Origin: Takakia lepidozioides
Taxonomy: Eukaryota > Plantae > Bryophyta
Direction: 5' to 3'
Assembly (NCBI GenBank): GCA_030704615.1
Contig: CM060734.1
Span: 62,001-126,000, forward strand
Length of the DNA: 64,000 nucleotides
Part shown: positions 51,951 through 64,000 of the stretch, piece by piece
Layout: the number at the start of each line of letters is the position of its first letter
Numbering within the stretch: the first letter of the stretch is position 1
Position numbers and translations under genes: made by a program
The notes under the pieces: model-generated
Told to the model about the DNA's origin: nothing
The model's input: only the letters and a program-made list of their open reading frames with translations
Databases searched by the model: none

Positions 51951-54884
51951 TGACAGATTTGTGGCAGAAATGCTATTTGCAGTCGTAAAATGCTTTTGAA
52001 GTCATAATGCAGGTCTGGGGAAGGCGTATATGTGCCTGCATGGCTCCGGACTCTGTGCAACACAGGTCAAACATGATTGACCACGAATATTGGCATGGCA
52101 GATATGACTACCAGTCACGGTCATGGCTCTAGAATGACGTGTGCATATTGCTAGACAGACATATGACTTTATGACTCTCACTCTAATGCAATCTGACATA
52201 TCATCACATGGTTGAATCACTACATGACTGCATGTGTCGACACATGCTTTTCTAGTTATATATATAATATATGAGTATTTATATTTTGAAAAAACGGCCA
52301 CTAGAATGAATTTTAAAAAATAAAATAAAAATCAAAGTGCAAAAAGATTTTAAAAAAAGCACATCGGCTAGTAAGTGCACAGTGTGTCGCCCTGGTGGTT
52401 TGGGGTAGATGGTCAACTGGCAGCAACGGCACAAGTGATAAAAATCAGGCACTGCTAATGCAGGCATCTTCTTCAACACATTTCACCCTGTTTTTCCCTC
52501 TTATCAGAATCGGCCCTAAATTTCCATGTTCAATTCTGCAAGTTAGCTGGTTGAGTGAATCTAGTTTTTAGTGACTTTGACATGATACTGCCAATGTGAC
52601 AACAGGAAAGTGTCAAAAAACAGGTAACAAAGATGAGGAGAAGCTGTGGAATGAATACTTATCTGAGCCCAGTCACTGATGGGTCAACCGGGCCAGAAAG
52701 GTGAATGCCTGCTACATTTCAGAGAGTAGCAGACGCAATTCAGCATAGGAACTAGTGTGCTACGCTGAGTTGGGTGTTTCCTAGAACAAATGTAGGTTGT
52801 CATTGTCAGCTGCTAACAGCAAGGCAAGGATGAATGCTTGATTTGTGCAGAGGCATGGATAGCTGAAGGAGTAGAGATAGAGTGTGGGTGACGCAGGGTG
52901 CTGGGCAATGGGCAAGACGTATTTGTATAAATGTGAGTGACCTTCCTATCCTCCTGGCTCTCATTTTTAGTGCATGTTTCTTTGTGAAGTATCTGACGAC
53001 TTCGCCAACACACACACCAACCTTTTTGCTTTGGTTTGTTTACAAGTCCATGGGATAGAAGTTACCATAAACAACACTGGCATTGGTTTTTCATATATGG
53101 TATTAGATAATTCTCTTAATTGTTTCCGCCTTGGCAGGTTGCTCAATGACCTTCCCTGGACGCTTTGGAGTATAGCGAGTGAGTGTCTCACAATGCAATG
53201 TTGGTTGGTGCGTCTTATGCAAGAACTTGGAAAACAAACAGATGTCCTTGCTGTAGTAATTCTTAAAGCCATGCAAGCCTTAGTTTTTGATGGGTTGCAG
53301 ATTGATGGAATACATGAGTAGTTAGAAGATTCTGGGTGAACACTTTTCAAAGTGTTATAGTTGGACAGTATAATTCACAAGAGAACATGTGACTATTTTA
53401 TGTATTTTTAGATCGCGACAAAAATGATAATGATAAATAAATTGGTAAATAGAGATGGTGTACAATCTCTTGGTTTTGCTCAGCTTGTTGCAATTATGTC
53501 TTGTTGCCTTGTTCTCTTTGTATTATATATTATATTTCATTGTTGTAATAGACATGTACATGACTGCTATCATAGTCATAATAATGACTAACATCAATTT
53601 TCACTCTCCAATAGTACTACACCACGTGGCAGAAATACAAATATGTAAAAAAATAGCAATACACCAAAAAAAAACACCCATCATAACACATGTCAATTTG
53701 TTGAGGGACCACGTGTAAAAACTGCAATGCGCCACGTGTTGCAACCGGATTAGCACGCCCGTAGTCATAGTTCGCAGTCATGGAGAGCAAACACTCTGCC
53801 ACGTGTCATTTTCTGTATCGAGCACGTGTCACTCTTGCACAGCCGCTGACATGAACTACACTGTCCGTTCAGTCATTCAGTAAAGCCAGCGTGTATGACT
53901 ACCCCCACAGCTGCTCAGGCGCCACGTCACAGCTAGCCTGGAGAGTCATATCTGCCATGTCACAACTGACTAGGCTTTTACGTCTTCAGAGTCAGGAAGT
54001 CGTAAATGGCTTCCAACACTGCATTTGCAGTCATAACACAGAGACGTAAAACCGCAATCTGTTGTAGTGCGATTTCGTGCGATAGACAATTCAAATGTCT
54101 TTGACGTCTCCTCCTCTTTAGGTAACAATTGAATCTGCTCCTCCTGAGCTATCGCCAGAGCTAGCATCTCTGCTTTTCTTTGGCTTAACACCCGGAAGTT
54201 CAATTGTCTCACCCTTCCTTTTCTTACTCCAAAAGCATTCAAGGATTTTTGCCTTCTTATGCTGATTACGTAAATTGCAAAAAGGGCATAGTTTTAAGTC
54301 AGCTGGGGGAACCTTGCTGTTACGAATGTCCTCCCCCGTCATCTCGTCCGCTTTCAACAATCGCAACAATAAAAGAAAATCGTGAAGGTGTATTAAAGCA
54401 TCATTATCTCAAACCGCATTGTCTTTCCCCGGCAGCGGCGCCAAAAAGATGTAGAATAAAAACTATAATCAATCCTAAAAGAAGGACCAATCAGTTTCAA
54501 GATTCGTTCGCAGGGAAAGCCCTATATGATTGCAAAATAATGATGCTCGACTAATCTATTTCTCTCTAGGTAATGGGCACATACCACGTTGGATGTAGTT
54601 GTGAGTTCAAACCACGGTCTGGTGTGTCATGAAGGTGTCCACCTTTCAGCTGGAAGGCAATAGCCCTTGAGAAGAAGTGACACCATAAGTTACGCTCCCT
54701 TCAGAAGGCGTCATACTTTTACTTTTACTTTTCTCTCTAATCTTCTCCACACATCACTATTGATTGTTTTGCACCACCAATCTTGCTTATTCAATTCCTC
54801 CATGGATTTTCCCTCACCAAAGGTCTGATTCCATTTTCCCATAAGTTCAGGATAATTCTCAAAAGGTCGATACCATATTTGCAA

Positions 54885-55444
54885 CTAATTGTGCTTCCAA
54901 TAACAATTTCTGTATAGTGTTGATAACTCTATGTACCATCCTCTATTCACTAGCTGTAACGAGAGTACCTCTCTATCACTACAACAAAGCTTCTGAAAGA
55001 TTCTTAGATGGTCTAGTAATCCAGTGATCAACTGCGATAATTCTTTTATCCCTTCATCATTTGTCTCTACCATGCAAATGGTTTTTACTTCACTGTTATT
55101 CTCTTCCAATTAATTCAATCGAAGACTTTCTATCTTCAAGTCCTTAATCTGTTCCTTCATATACTCTGGATATCCATCTAAAGGACAACACCACATATTG
55201 ATCCACTTACGTCCCAAATGACGATACGTGATGATAATTCTTTTTGCCAGGCTTTACTTACACTCTCTATTCGCACTAATTCTGCATCATTACATGATAG
55301 ACTCTTAAAGATCCGGATCGATACATCTCTGGGCAACCCCAAAATTAATTCTCGCTTGGAATCTTTATTCTCTCCATTTGTGCACATTCTCACTATCTCA
55401 CATAATTCTAATTCTTCAACCATTGCATTCAGAATTAGTCTCAC
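54885..55444 (-). pseudogene. Two tandem F-box-like motifs
   Basis: LILGLPRDVSIRIFKSLS...LVRIESVSKAWQKELS and LITGLLDHLRIFQKLC...VLSLQLVNRGWYIELS fit L..LP.D....IF..L.....L..V.K.W. Confidence 0.55.
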
Positions 55445-55889
55445 ATTCCATCATTCTATTCTTCACACAAAACAAAGTGAATTGAACTTCCTTTTTCTCC
55501 TTCTTCTCTTCTATTCATTCACCAACATTACATCACAATATCGAAGTATTAATCTATCATTGAAGAATAATTCTATTTTCTAACTCGTACTCACTCCACT
55601 CTGCTCTGGTCACGGCTCTCTGGCTCAACTGACAATGATCTATTGTCTCGCAGCTCAATCATAGCAAGCTGCCTCAACAACTTCCATAACCGCCTAACTT
55701 CTTCTATCCATCCACAATAGTCATTCATCCATTTTCTTCGTTATCGATTAAAGTCAGACTGTCGACCATCACAAAATATCGAGTAATGTCACTATATCGA
55801 ACCGGTATCGATAGTGCCACAGAGTATATCGAGCATAGAATACACTAAATAGTCTAAAAAGTAAATCTCAACCAAAAATTCCTATTATT

Positions 55890-57818
55890 CTACAGAACTC
55901 TCACTGTGTTCATGTCTGATGCAAAATTAGATAGCCCATCCTCATCCATTGGTGTGAATAAGCTTTGGCTGGCGAGTACACCTGCTGTCTGTTCCACTGC
56001 CATAACCTCTGTTTTGATCTGAGTGTCCTCAGTCAGTGGCTCTACAGTCAAGTTCTTGCAGCACTCGTGAAAGTTGCCAATTGTTGGCTTTAGGTGGTTC
56101 ATGGTGTGAAGTGGGAAGTAAGGCACATTTAGACCAGACCCATATCTTACTCTCAACGTTTCTGTTTCCGTATCAACTGCTGCCCCGAACTTCTTCAAGA
56201 AGTCCAGCCCGAGCAACATACTGTAAGTGTCAGTATCCACCACCATAAGAGTGATCATGTTGGTCAGTTTTCCAACAGTGACCTTGAAATTGTCGAGAAC
56301 ACCCATTGTTGTTTCTACAGCACCTGAGGCCACCCGATATGACATGTCTCGATCCGTTAACACACAGCCCATGACTCCCAAATCCCTTACTGTTGTTGCT
56401 GCTATCGCAGATATCATTGCCCTTGTGTCTATGTGGCCCATTACTTGGAAGTTTCCAATGGTTACCAGAGCATGCAAAGCCTTTTCTTTGCCTATGAATG
56501 CATAAGAGATGGCTTCCATATCCTTGTTGCTAGTTTCAGGTGTCAGTTTTACCTCTTGTTGAACTCGGTTGGCTGGAAAAGCGCCCATTTTGCTCTTCTC
56601 CACTACCTTGACCAGCCTCTTCAGTTTTTCAAACTTTCCTAGCACGTGCATGATGTCCTCCATTGGTGACATGGATATACATCCTTTGTAGAAATGATTC
56701 AGTATTTTTGATCTTCCTGTCTCAGATTTTGGGTATTTCTCATATCGTATTGGGAAGAGGAATTGCCCCAAGGGTCTCGTTTGTTCCTTTGGCACTTCTT
56801 CCTGTGATGAAGCCATGTCTTTGCCTTGTAGATTAGGACCTCCCTTGAGATTTGGGGTTGCCACCGGTGTTTGCACCTTGGGAAGTCGACGTGTCTCTTT
56901 GATCTCGTGATGTGCCATTAACTGATTCAGCTGTTCCAAGACCTCATCTTCATCATCACATATAATCTCAAGCAGATTGTTAGAAGGTAATGCATTTGCA
57001 CCTTGTTCCTTTTTCAACCTACAGTTTGGTTCGAAGTGTCCTAGAACCTTGCAAAAGGTACATCTGATTCCACAAGTTTCTGTCCGGTGACCATAGTGAT
57101 TGCATTTTGCACATTTCACTGGAGTCTTCTGTGTTGGACAGTATGCAGCCACATGACCCTCCTGCTGGCAGAGATTACACAACCAAATTCCACGAACTGG
57201 AGTTTGACTACTAGAACCTTCCGTGTATACATTCTTCTTTTCAAAATACTTACTTCGTGTTAGATTCAAAGCATCTAGGCGCTGATCAACCTGCCTAGTC
57301 ACCAAAACCTCTCCTACGTCTTCCCCGTCCAAAGGTTCGAAGGGTGTTTCTCCAATCTTGGATAATCCTCTCTCCACATCCATGGCGGTTTCCATTGCTC
57401 CATCAACACTCTGAAATCGGGTTTCTAGCATCAGCTTCATTATCTCATGCCTAAGATCCCCCATAAACCTTCGACGTTGTTCTAACTCCGGAATTTGCCC
57501 TTTGACAAACAACCGATTAAGTCGGTCAAAGTAAGCCTGAATCCTTTGTTTTGGTTCTTGCTTCACTTTGTCCAGCTTCATCTTTAAATCCGCCATATCC
57601 ACATGCCCAAACTTTGCCAACATGGCCACTTGTAAATTCTCCCAATATATTGGTTTTGGGTTTTGACGCCTATACCAATCATCAGCTTTACCTTTGAGGT
57701 TTAACCTTGCCACCTTGAATATCTTGTCATCTGATAAATCTCTTACATCTCCCGCCATTTGCAATTTCTCGATCCAATCAACCACATCTTCTGATTCCCT
57801 ACCAGTAATAGGGTGCAT
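55890..57818 (-). CDS. Gypsy gag-protease ORF, 642 aa, three CCHC knuckles; protease motif altered (DTR)
   Basis: LKGKADDWY...WENLQVAMLAKF, KQEPKQRIQAYFDRL; CNLCQQEGHVAAYC, CAKCNHYGHRTETC, CTFCKVLGHFEPNC; GHIDTRA...MLLGLDFL. Confidence 0.88.
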   Translation of the reverse strand: MHPITGRESEDVVDWIEKLQMAGDVRDLSDDKIFKVARLNLKGKADDWYRRQNPKPIYWENLQVAMLAKFGHVDMADLKMKLDKVKQEPKQRIQAYFDRLNRLFVKGQIPELEQRRRFMGDLRHEIMKLMLETRFQSVDGAMETAMDVERGLSKIGETPFEPLDGEDVGEVLVTRQVDQRLDALNLTRSKYFEKKNVYTEGSSSQTPVRGIWLCNLCQQEGHVAAYCPTQKTPVKCAKCNHYGHRTETCGIRCTFCKVLGHFEPNCRLKKEQGANALPSNNLLEIICDDEDEVLEQLNQLMAHHEIKETRRLPKVQTPVATPNLKGGPNLQGKDMASSQEEVPKEQTRPLGQFLFPIRYEKYPKSETGRSKILNHFYKGCISMSPMEDIMHVLGKFEKLKRLVKVVEKSKMGAFPANRVQQEVKLTPETSNKDMEAISYAFIGKEKALHALVTIGNFQVMGHIDTRAMISAIAATTVRDLGVMGCVLTDRDMSYRVASGAVETTMGVLDNFKVTVGKLTNMITLMVVDTDTYSMLLGLDFLKKFGAAVDTETETLRVRYGSGLNVPYFPLHTMNHLKPTIGNFHECCKNLTVEPLTEDTQIKTEVMAVEQTAGVLASQSLFTPMDEDGLSNFASDMNTVRVL

Positions 57819-57912
57819 CTACCCCTTAGGGGCTAGCCATTTTGTTACGTTGTTTTTCTTCGGTTTTTCTTCAAATTGACAACAACTCTACTATATCTTA
57901 CTCTTCCATGTC

Positions 57913-58702
57913 CTAATTTCTAGTACTAGGACTCCAGACTCCGTTCTGAAGCACTTCATCTCGTCCGCTTATTGCTACTCTTCTTGACATGGCGGAAACC
58001 ATTACCCAAGCATATGCCGCTCTGACCCATAATACTACTGTCACCCGGTTTCCAGCATGTATGACTCGTACACAGAGGTCTCCATTATGCGCTCTTGACG
58101 ATTGATGGTAGAATACTGGTCTCGGGTTAGTATATGGCAACAGATCTAAACTATATGAAATCAAAACATCTCCTACCTCTGGATGATCAATCACTGATGT
58201 CTGGCATGTTTCACCAGTGTTATCAGTGCTTGACTACTCCTCTTAGTGGGTTCTTGTATGACAAGATCTCACGTTTGGTGACCAACCACTCTCTACCTCT
58301 ACTGATGGTGTCTATCATTTCCCACACAAGCATCCTAGACTTATATCCTTGGTGCTCCAAGCGGACGAGCACATCACCTTCTTTGAACTCTACAACTTGT
58401 CCCGTTGTCCATAAACTATATCTAGTATTGCCCGTTGGCCTCAGATCCACAAAGATATCCCCTGGTTCGGGAAGCCTGTGCAGTGCTGCTAGCTCGGGAT
58501 CTACATCCTCTAGTGTGTGTTCTACTGGCTGATTCCTAAGTTCAGATTCGTCGTCCGAAATGGACTGATCGGACATGACTGGTGGGTTTATAGCATCATG
58601 ACCAGCATCAATCCAAGTGTTTCGGTCATGACATAGGATCCAGGCCTTAGCATAAGCTCCTCCACCAGTGTGCACAATACGAATCGCTGTATCTCCTGGC
58701 AT
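57913..58702 (-). other. Extra ORF(s) between the PBS and gag of the third Gypsy element
   Basis: ORFs 58223-58702 and 57913-58194 share PE.GD and GD..[IV]R..H[TA]G patterns. Confidence 0.45.
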
Positions 58703-58880
58703 ACATTAAAAAGACAGCAGATTCAAACCTGCAAGTAAGATGCGACCAAAGCTTTCTATACGTAAAACCAAGTCACCTATCTCTGGCCCTTGAGTTGTAT
58801 AGTTAGAACTGTGCCATTGTGCTACCAAATCGCCAGCTCTCTCTTGCGCCAACTTGAACTTGAAATGGCCACGATCAGCA

Positions 58881-58892
58881 GCTCTGATACCA
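58881..58892 (-). promoter_or_regulatory. Primer-binding site complementary to initiator tRNA-Met
   Basis: Minus strand reads TGGTATCAGAGC, 5 nt after a putative LTR-terminal CA. Confidence 0.9.
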
Positions 58893-58897
58893 AAAAT

Positions 58898-60280
58898 TGG
58901 GGCCTTGTTTCACCACCCGGGGTAAATCTACTAGTTCCCTCTTGATCAGACAACCAGTCAGTCCAGTTTCAATGCTACATGAGCCGCAGCGGAAGCAGGA
59001 AAACATCATGACACCTAGACCGGACTGTTATGCTACTCGTTCATTTGTTTGACATCATGTCACCATCCCGTCTTTGGTATGGCAAATGCTCAGAAAAGAT
59101 ATATTGACCCCTCCTAGGGCGTTTGCTGCAGCACCCGCACTCCGTTATCTCGTTTGCATGGTTCGCCATGTGCATGGGTAGTCACTTAACTCACATTCCG
59201 TCCATCCTTCATGGCAGTGATCCTTGGCTACTTTGCTTACTTGTGCTATTTATCCCTCAATGCATACTACCCGGGTTTCTATCTCCACCTTTCATCTCGA
59301 TTTGGCATTTACAGGGCCTGCCCTTGATTAGTTCTACTTGAGATCCCGCCCAGCTCTACCCTCAACTTATCTCTCTTGTGTGCACCATCTCTCTATCCGT
59401 GACTATCTCGTGACAACTTCATGGTATCCTGGTGTAATCTCTAACAATGATCGTTCTCTCTACACTTATTGCAGCTCAAACGTTTTCCAGTGTTGCTTTG
59501 TTAATCGTCGGTTTCAACAATATATGCTCTTCTTCGTAAATCCAGTCTATCTCCTTTATATCACATGGCTTACTATGACGGCCGCTTAGTATCAGTTCTG
59601 TCTCCATCGCCTCTCTCAAACTTGAAAGTAAAACTTAACTTCAAAATGAATCGTCTCTTTTGGAATGATCTCCGTCTGCTACCTTGTACCTTGCAGCAGT
59701 CCATGGAATCGCTTCTTTCCCAAGTCCCTACTTTCTAATCACCGCCCCAACATCTACTAATCAGCTAAGCCTTCCCAGGTCGTGCCTGCTGATTAAACAC
59801 TAAGTTATGGACATGTGGCCCTGATCCACGTCTTGATAAGATCTTACGAGCCCAAAACTTAATTACATGGTTTCGCTTAGTCATGCACCTTAGTGTCACA
59901 AGACGACGTCCCCTGGTCCGTTGATCAAAGTTAGATCAATGATTTGCATGCTGCCAAATTGTGTTCATCCACCCTGCTCGTCCGTTGTTTATCCTGTGGC
60001 TTCATCCATCTTGCCATGGCGCTCAAGCAACGTCTCACTTGATGAATGTACCTTCGTTATGCTGACTGTTCATACGACATCCATCCTGATCCATGTAATG
60101 AACCAAGACCTTCATCCTGCTCCTCGCTCATCCACGTTCATCCTACTTTATTTACGTTCATTCCCTTCCACTGTTCATCGATTTGTCTTGCCTCCTTCCT
60201 TGTTATCTCTTTCTCCTGCACACTCTATATTCTACTTGCAAAATCCAAGTGTGTTTCTCATCACCTGTTTTCCCCTTACA
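58898..60280 (-). repeat. Putative 5' LTR of the third Gypsy element
   Basis: Minus strand TGTAAGGGG...GGCCCCA ends next to the PBS, and LINE sequence begins at 60281. No second LTR is visible to confirm the boundaries. Confidence 0.55.
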
Positions 60281-62318
60281 ATACCCTCAGCTGCCCCCTC
60301 TCCTAACCACGCCCCCCCTACTCCCAGCGACTGCCCCAGCGCACTAACTATCACCTCTTGGAATGTGGGATCACTAGCCACTAACATACAAAGCTTACTC
60401 CATCTCTTCACCAACTTTGATGTTACAGTGGGGTACGGGGGAAAGAATTATGGGCTGAGGTGGGGGGGTATAATGTACATCTGGGAGGGGTCGGAAGGGG
60501 ATGAGGGAAGGGGAGGAGGTACACGGAGATCGGGTAGTGGTCCGAGTTATATAAGCTATTGACGTGTACGTGGCTTAGGAGATATGATGGGATTTCATTG
60601 CCGGTTTTGAGGTAACCATCAAGTAGGCTTAAGGAGGAATAGTTAAGACCCCCTTGCCTGGTGTAGTGGGAGTCCACGGGAATGTATTTGAGCTGTAATA
60701 GGTTGGTGAATCTAGCCCAGTTGTGGTCCACTGGGGATGGGGGTTGTGAGTACCGTTGTATGAATGGCCTTGCAGTGCAATATCTCTGTTGAAGTCGCCT
60801 GCCAATATGGTGGTGTTGGGTATATGGGTGAGTAACTGTTTGGGAGATATCTAGTGTTCAGTATATCAGGTATGAGGGGAAGATCGTCGGTATGTGAGGG
60901 CATATATAAGTGTATGAGGATGATAGGGCATAATGTTGGGGGGTGTAGGTGGATAATTTGAAGGTAAGACCGGAGGGGGACAAATATGTTAATTTTGGTG
61001 GTGGTGTTGGGGGAGTGATGTGTCCTAAGAATACCAAGTGCTACACCGCGCTCAATGGGTTTGTATGGTGTAGAGCGGCGTGAGAGATACTGCGGGGCAG
61101 TTAGGGGGGTGCCATATAAAAAGAAGTAATCGGGTAGTAGTTTATTTATGTAGGAGCTGCTAGTATTATGGGTGTGTAGTTTGGTTTCTTGTAGCAAGAA
61201 GATATGTGGTTGCGAAGTTCCAAAAATATTTCCACCCTGCCTCTTCAAACTTCATACACAAGATCTCCCACATACTTACCGATACTAACCTACGATCATC
61301 CCCCGATGCTACCTGGACCGAAGCCGAGATTATACTAGCATCCACAATACAAGAAATGACTAAGAGTGTTTTAGCCACATACTTCGCCCCTCCCGACCTC
61401 CCCAAACCGCTCAATCCAAACAAAATGGGGGCTATCTCACCCGGACCCAGAAACGCGAATGGACCTCCCACCTCAACGTCTATCATACCATACGTCGGGC
61501 TCTTACTATCATACCTCCCCCCTCTACCCCGTCATATAATAACTGGAGAACTGACCCCCGCATCACCTGCTTGAGCACTTTACCTACATGCCAATCTCTT
61601 ATGGCCCCACCTAAGGACTCATCTTCTCTTTCCCAATGGGCTGCCTCCCTCTCGAAACTTGGACGGGAAGAAAAAAAAGCTGCTTATATTATCACGAAAC
61701 AAAAAGCCACCTCCAACCACAAAAAAAATTGTCGCCTCATTTGGCCATTGCTACATGAACACCCCAAAAGGGCTCACAAAGCCATCTTTAACCCTGCAAT
61801 CAATCCGCCCATCGACTGCCTTAGACACAGGCTAGGTCACCTATTAACTAAACCCACCGACATCAACATAGAAATTTGGCTCCAGGCCTCGTCCTCCTAT
61901 ACACCTACCGTCACTAACTATCTTCATCCCATCCACCACGCACCCAACTGCATATGTAAAGTTAAACACTACCCATGGCACGATCTCGACGGTTTCTCAC
62001 TAGACAAGAGAGGCTCCCCCCCCTGACCGTATCTTTGATCTCTTCACAATTGACCTATATGACTCCTGCCTAAAAGCTCTATCCAAAGAAAAGGCCCAGG
62101 GCCCAGATCTCATCCCCAATGCCATACTTCAAGCATTTGACCCCCAATTCCATGCTCTTCTATTTAAATTCCTTCAACTCTGCTACCGACTGCATCGTAT
62201 ACCACACTCCTTGAAGCATAGTCGGACCATCCTACTATTTAAAAAAGCCCACCCCACAAACCTTAGTAACTACAGGCCCATAGCATTTGCAAACACCATA
62301 TACAAACTATTCACCATT
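60281..62318 (+). mobile_element. LINE ORF2 fragment (APE endonuclease plus RT start) with an internal ~800-bp inversion
   Basis: Plus strand ITSWNVGSL; minus strand 61219-60420 PHIFLLQETK, RGVALGI, IHLYMPS, LLDGYL, NSDHYPI; plus strand again to KAPGPDLIPN...LSNYRPIAFANTIYKLFT. Confidence 0.88.
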
Positions 62319-62846
62319 TAGTGTTTACCCACCCCTTGTTTTGGGTAAAACATGTGTACAAAACCAAAGGGGGCAGGTATTGGGACTTAGGTAATGAAGT
62401 CTGGCAGGGGTTTACCACCTGGTTATATTCAGACAAAACATGTACCAGCAGCATATCATAATTGGGTATTTTTTTATGGTGCTATAAAGAGCAAAGCCAT
62501 AACCAGGAGAAAACATGGGGGGGGGCATATAAGGCAAGGGAGGCTCATTCTCCCCTCACTTCCTCTCCACACAACTTCTATGCGTGGCATGTAATTATTC
62601 CACGACACGTAGTCACGTGGAGAAGGAGGCCATTGGTTGGGTGGGAGGTATTTTTTGCCGCGATTTCTGTGAGGTCGTTGCAAAATGCTCCCATAGGCCC
62701 TCATCTGGCTTCCATGATCATTTTATTCTACAAAATTAGCTTTTAGGAAGTATTTTGACACCTACTCAAACCTACTTAACGGGGGAAGGGTTTAGAGGTA
62801 CGTCTTTTTAGAAAACCTCGTTTAGTGTTGCTCCAATTGTTGCAGA

Positions 62847-64000
62847 ATGGCAGAGGGCCAGGATGATGAGCGTCATGGAAGAGATGACCCCAATGAACAT
62901 GGACTGCCCCCTAAGAAAATCAAGGGTCAAGGCAAGACTTGAATTGGGAAGTATATGATGACCCTAGCATACTAGCAGAAGAGGGCTGGGAGGATGTTCC
63001 AGAAGAGTTCAGGTGGCCGATGGCGAGATGTAAAAAAATCGTGAAGTGGTACCACATCAATCGATTGTGGCCTTTAAATAGGCATGACGTGCAAACCCGA
63101 AACAATTACGTAGAGTCCAGGTCTTGCACGAACTTGCATTTCCAGCGTAGGGCAAATGAGGTGCATTGCACATTGTGGGGTCAACCTCTCTTAAAGGGCC
63201 AAATCCCGTACACCTTGGCAGCCATGTTGTACGTTGAGGTGATATTGTTGCGTCCGGTGAATTGACAAACTGCTAGTAGGAGGAACGCAAGGATGCTATA
63301 CGATTTGGAGTACATCCCGGACACGTTTGGAACACATCCGGCTGCAACGTTAGAGGAACAACTGGTGGAAAGAGACCAGCAAATCATGACCCTGCATGAC
63401 CGACTGGACTGACAAACACTGCGCATAGCCGAGTTGGAAGCTAGATTGCAAGACATGCCTCCAAACAATGAAGGCACTGTTGTCCACAATGAGGTTCGAA
63501 CAAACGTCGTGGACATGGACGCGGAGTTTGCAATGTCCGATCGCAATATTGACCGCATCATTCACGAAATTACGGACGCCCTTGACCCTGCGGCCGATGA
63601 AACCATGGTTGAGGAACAACGAATTGCGGATGAAAGAAGGAGGAAAGGAAAAGAACCAGTAGTGGATACTGGGGAATGCTCGAGGGTCGCCATTCAATCC
63701 GAGATGAATGCGATATCTGATGTCGACCACGTTACAAAGGAGAGGGACATTGCAATGACAACTACATGGCACTTGTCCAAAACATTAGAGATTCGGGCAT
63801 GGGTCCCATTGAATGACGATTGGGAGAATTGGGTATAATGGGTGACCCATTTGGCCTCCAGAGAAGCATGGGTAGAGCGGGCACTGTCAGCCTTGCAACG
63901 TGTCGCACGCATGTCAAACCATAGCGTGGATAGCATTTATGCCAACATGCAAAGGTATAACGATCTCCGCAATGCATCAAGCGTGTTCGCCGGGTATACC
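62847..64000 (+). other. Degenerate unidentified coding region, probably TE-derived
   Basis: Frameshifted coding-like stretches (ORFs 62939 and 63434) downstream of a hairpin 'tgtttaccca...tgggtaaaaca' at 62322-62352 where the LINE is truncated. No family recognised. Confidence 0.3.

Larger units (their letters stand above)
44561..52402. mobile_element. 7.84-kb composite insertion flanked by a 14-bp direct repeat
   Basis: GGGTAGATGGTCAA at 44547-44560 and 52403-52416; the PDF exon resumes exactly after the second copy. Confidence 0.8.

Overview
Eukaryotic, TE-dense genomic DNA from a seed-free land plant, most likely a bryophyte (inferred from the PLS-class PPR fragments and the RabA2 sequence). 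The only clearly intact host gene is a two-exon RabA2/Rab11 GTPase (38724-39799, minus). Three features stand out. (1) A frameshifted Ty3/Gypsy retrotransposon (about 14733-23319, plus) carries a complete C5-cytosine DNA methyltransferase (motifs I-X) between protease and RT and a C4HC3 PHD finger at the integrase C-terminus. (2) Two clusters of degenerate gene copies (8.1-12.5 kb and 41.7-52.9 kb) join OSB-type 'PDF' ssDNA-binding motifs, with introns, to PLS-class PPR tracts, in one copy in-frame. (3) A 5'-truncated non-LTR retrotransposon has a C-terminal restriction-like endonuclease, a 3' UUCG hairpin, a (CTT)n tail and a 14-bp TSD, and a separate APE-RT LINE fragment has an internal inversion. 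Also present: a WRKY/GCM-like-MULE-SWIM transposase with a 1.4-kb inverted duplicate, two further Gypsy remnants, captured UGT and F-box-like fragments, and several palindromic or tandem repeat arrays. All calls come from manual motif reading; no searches were run.
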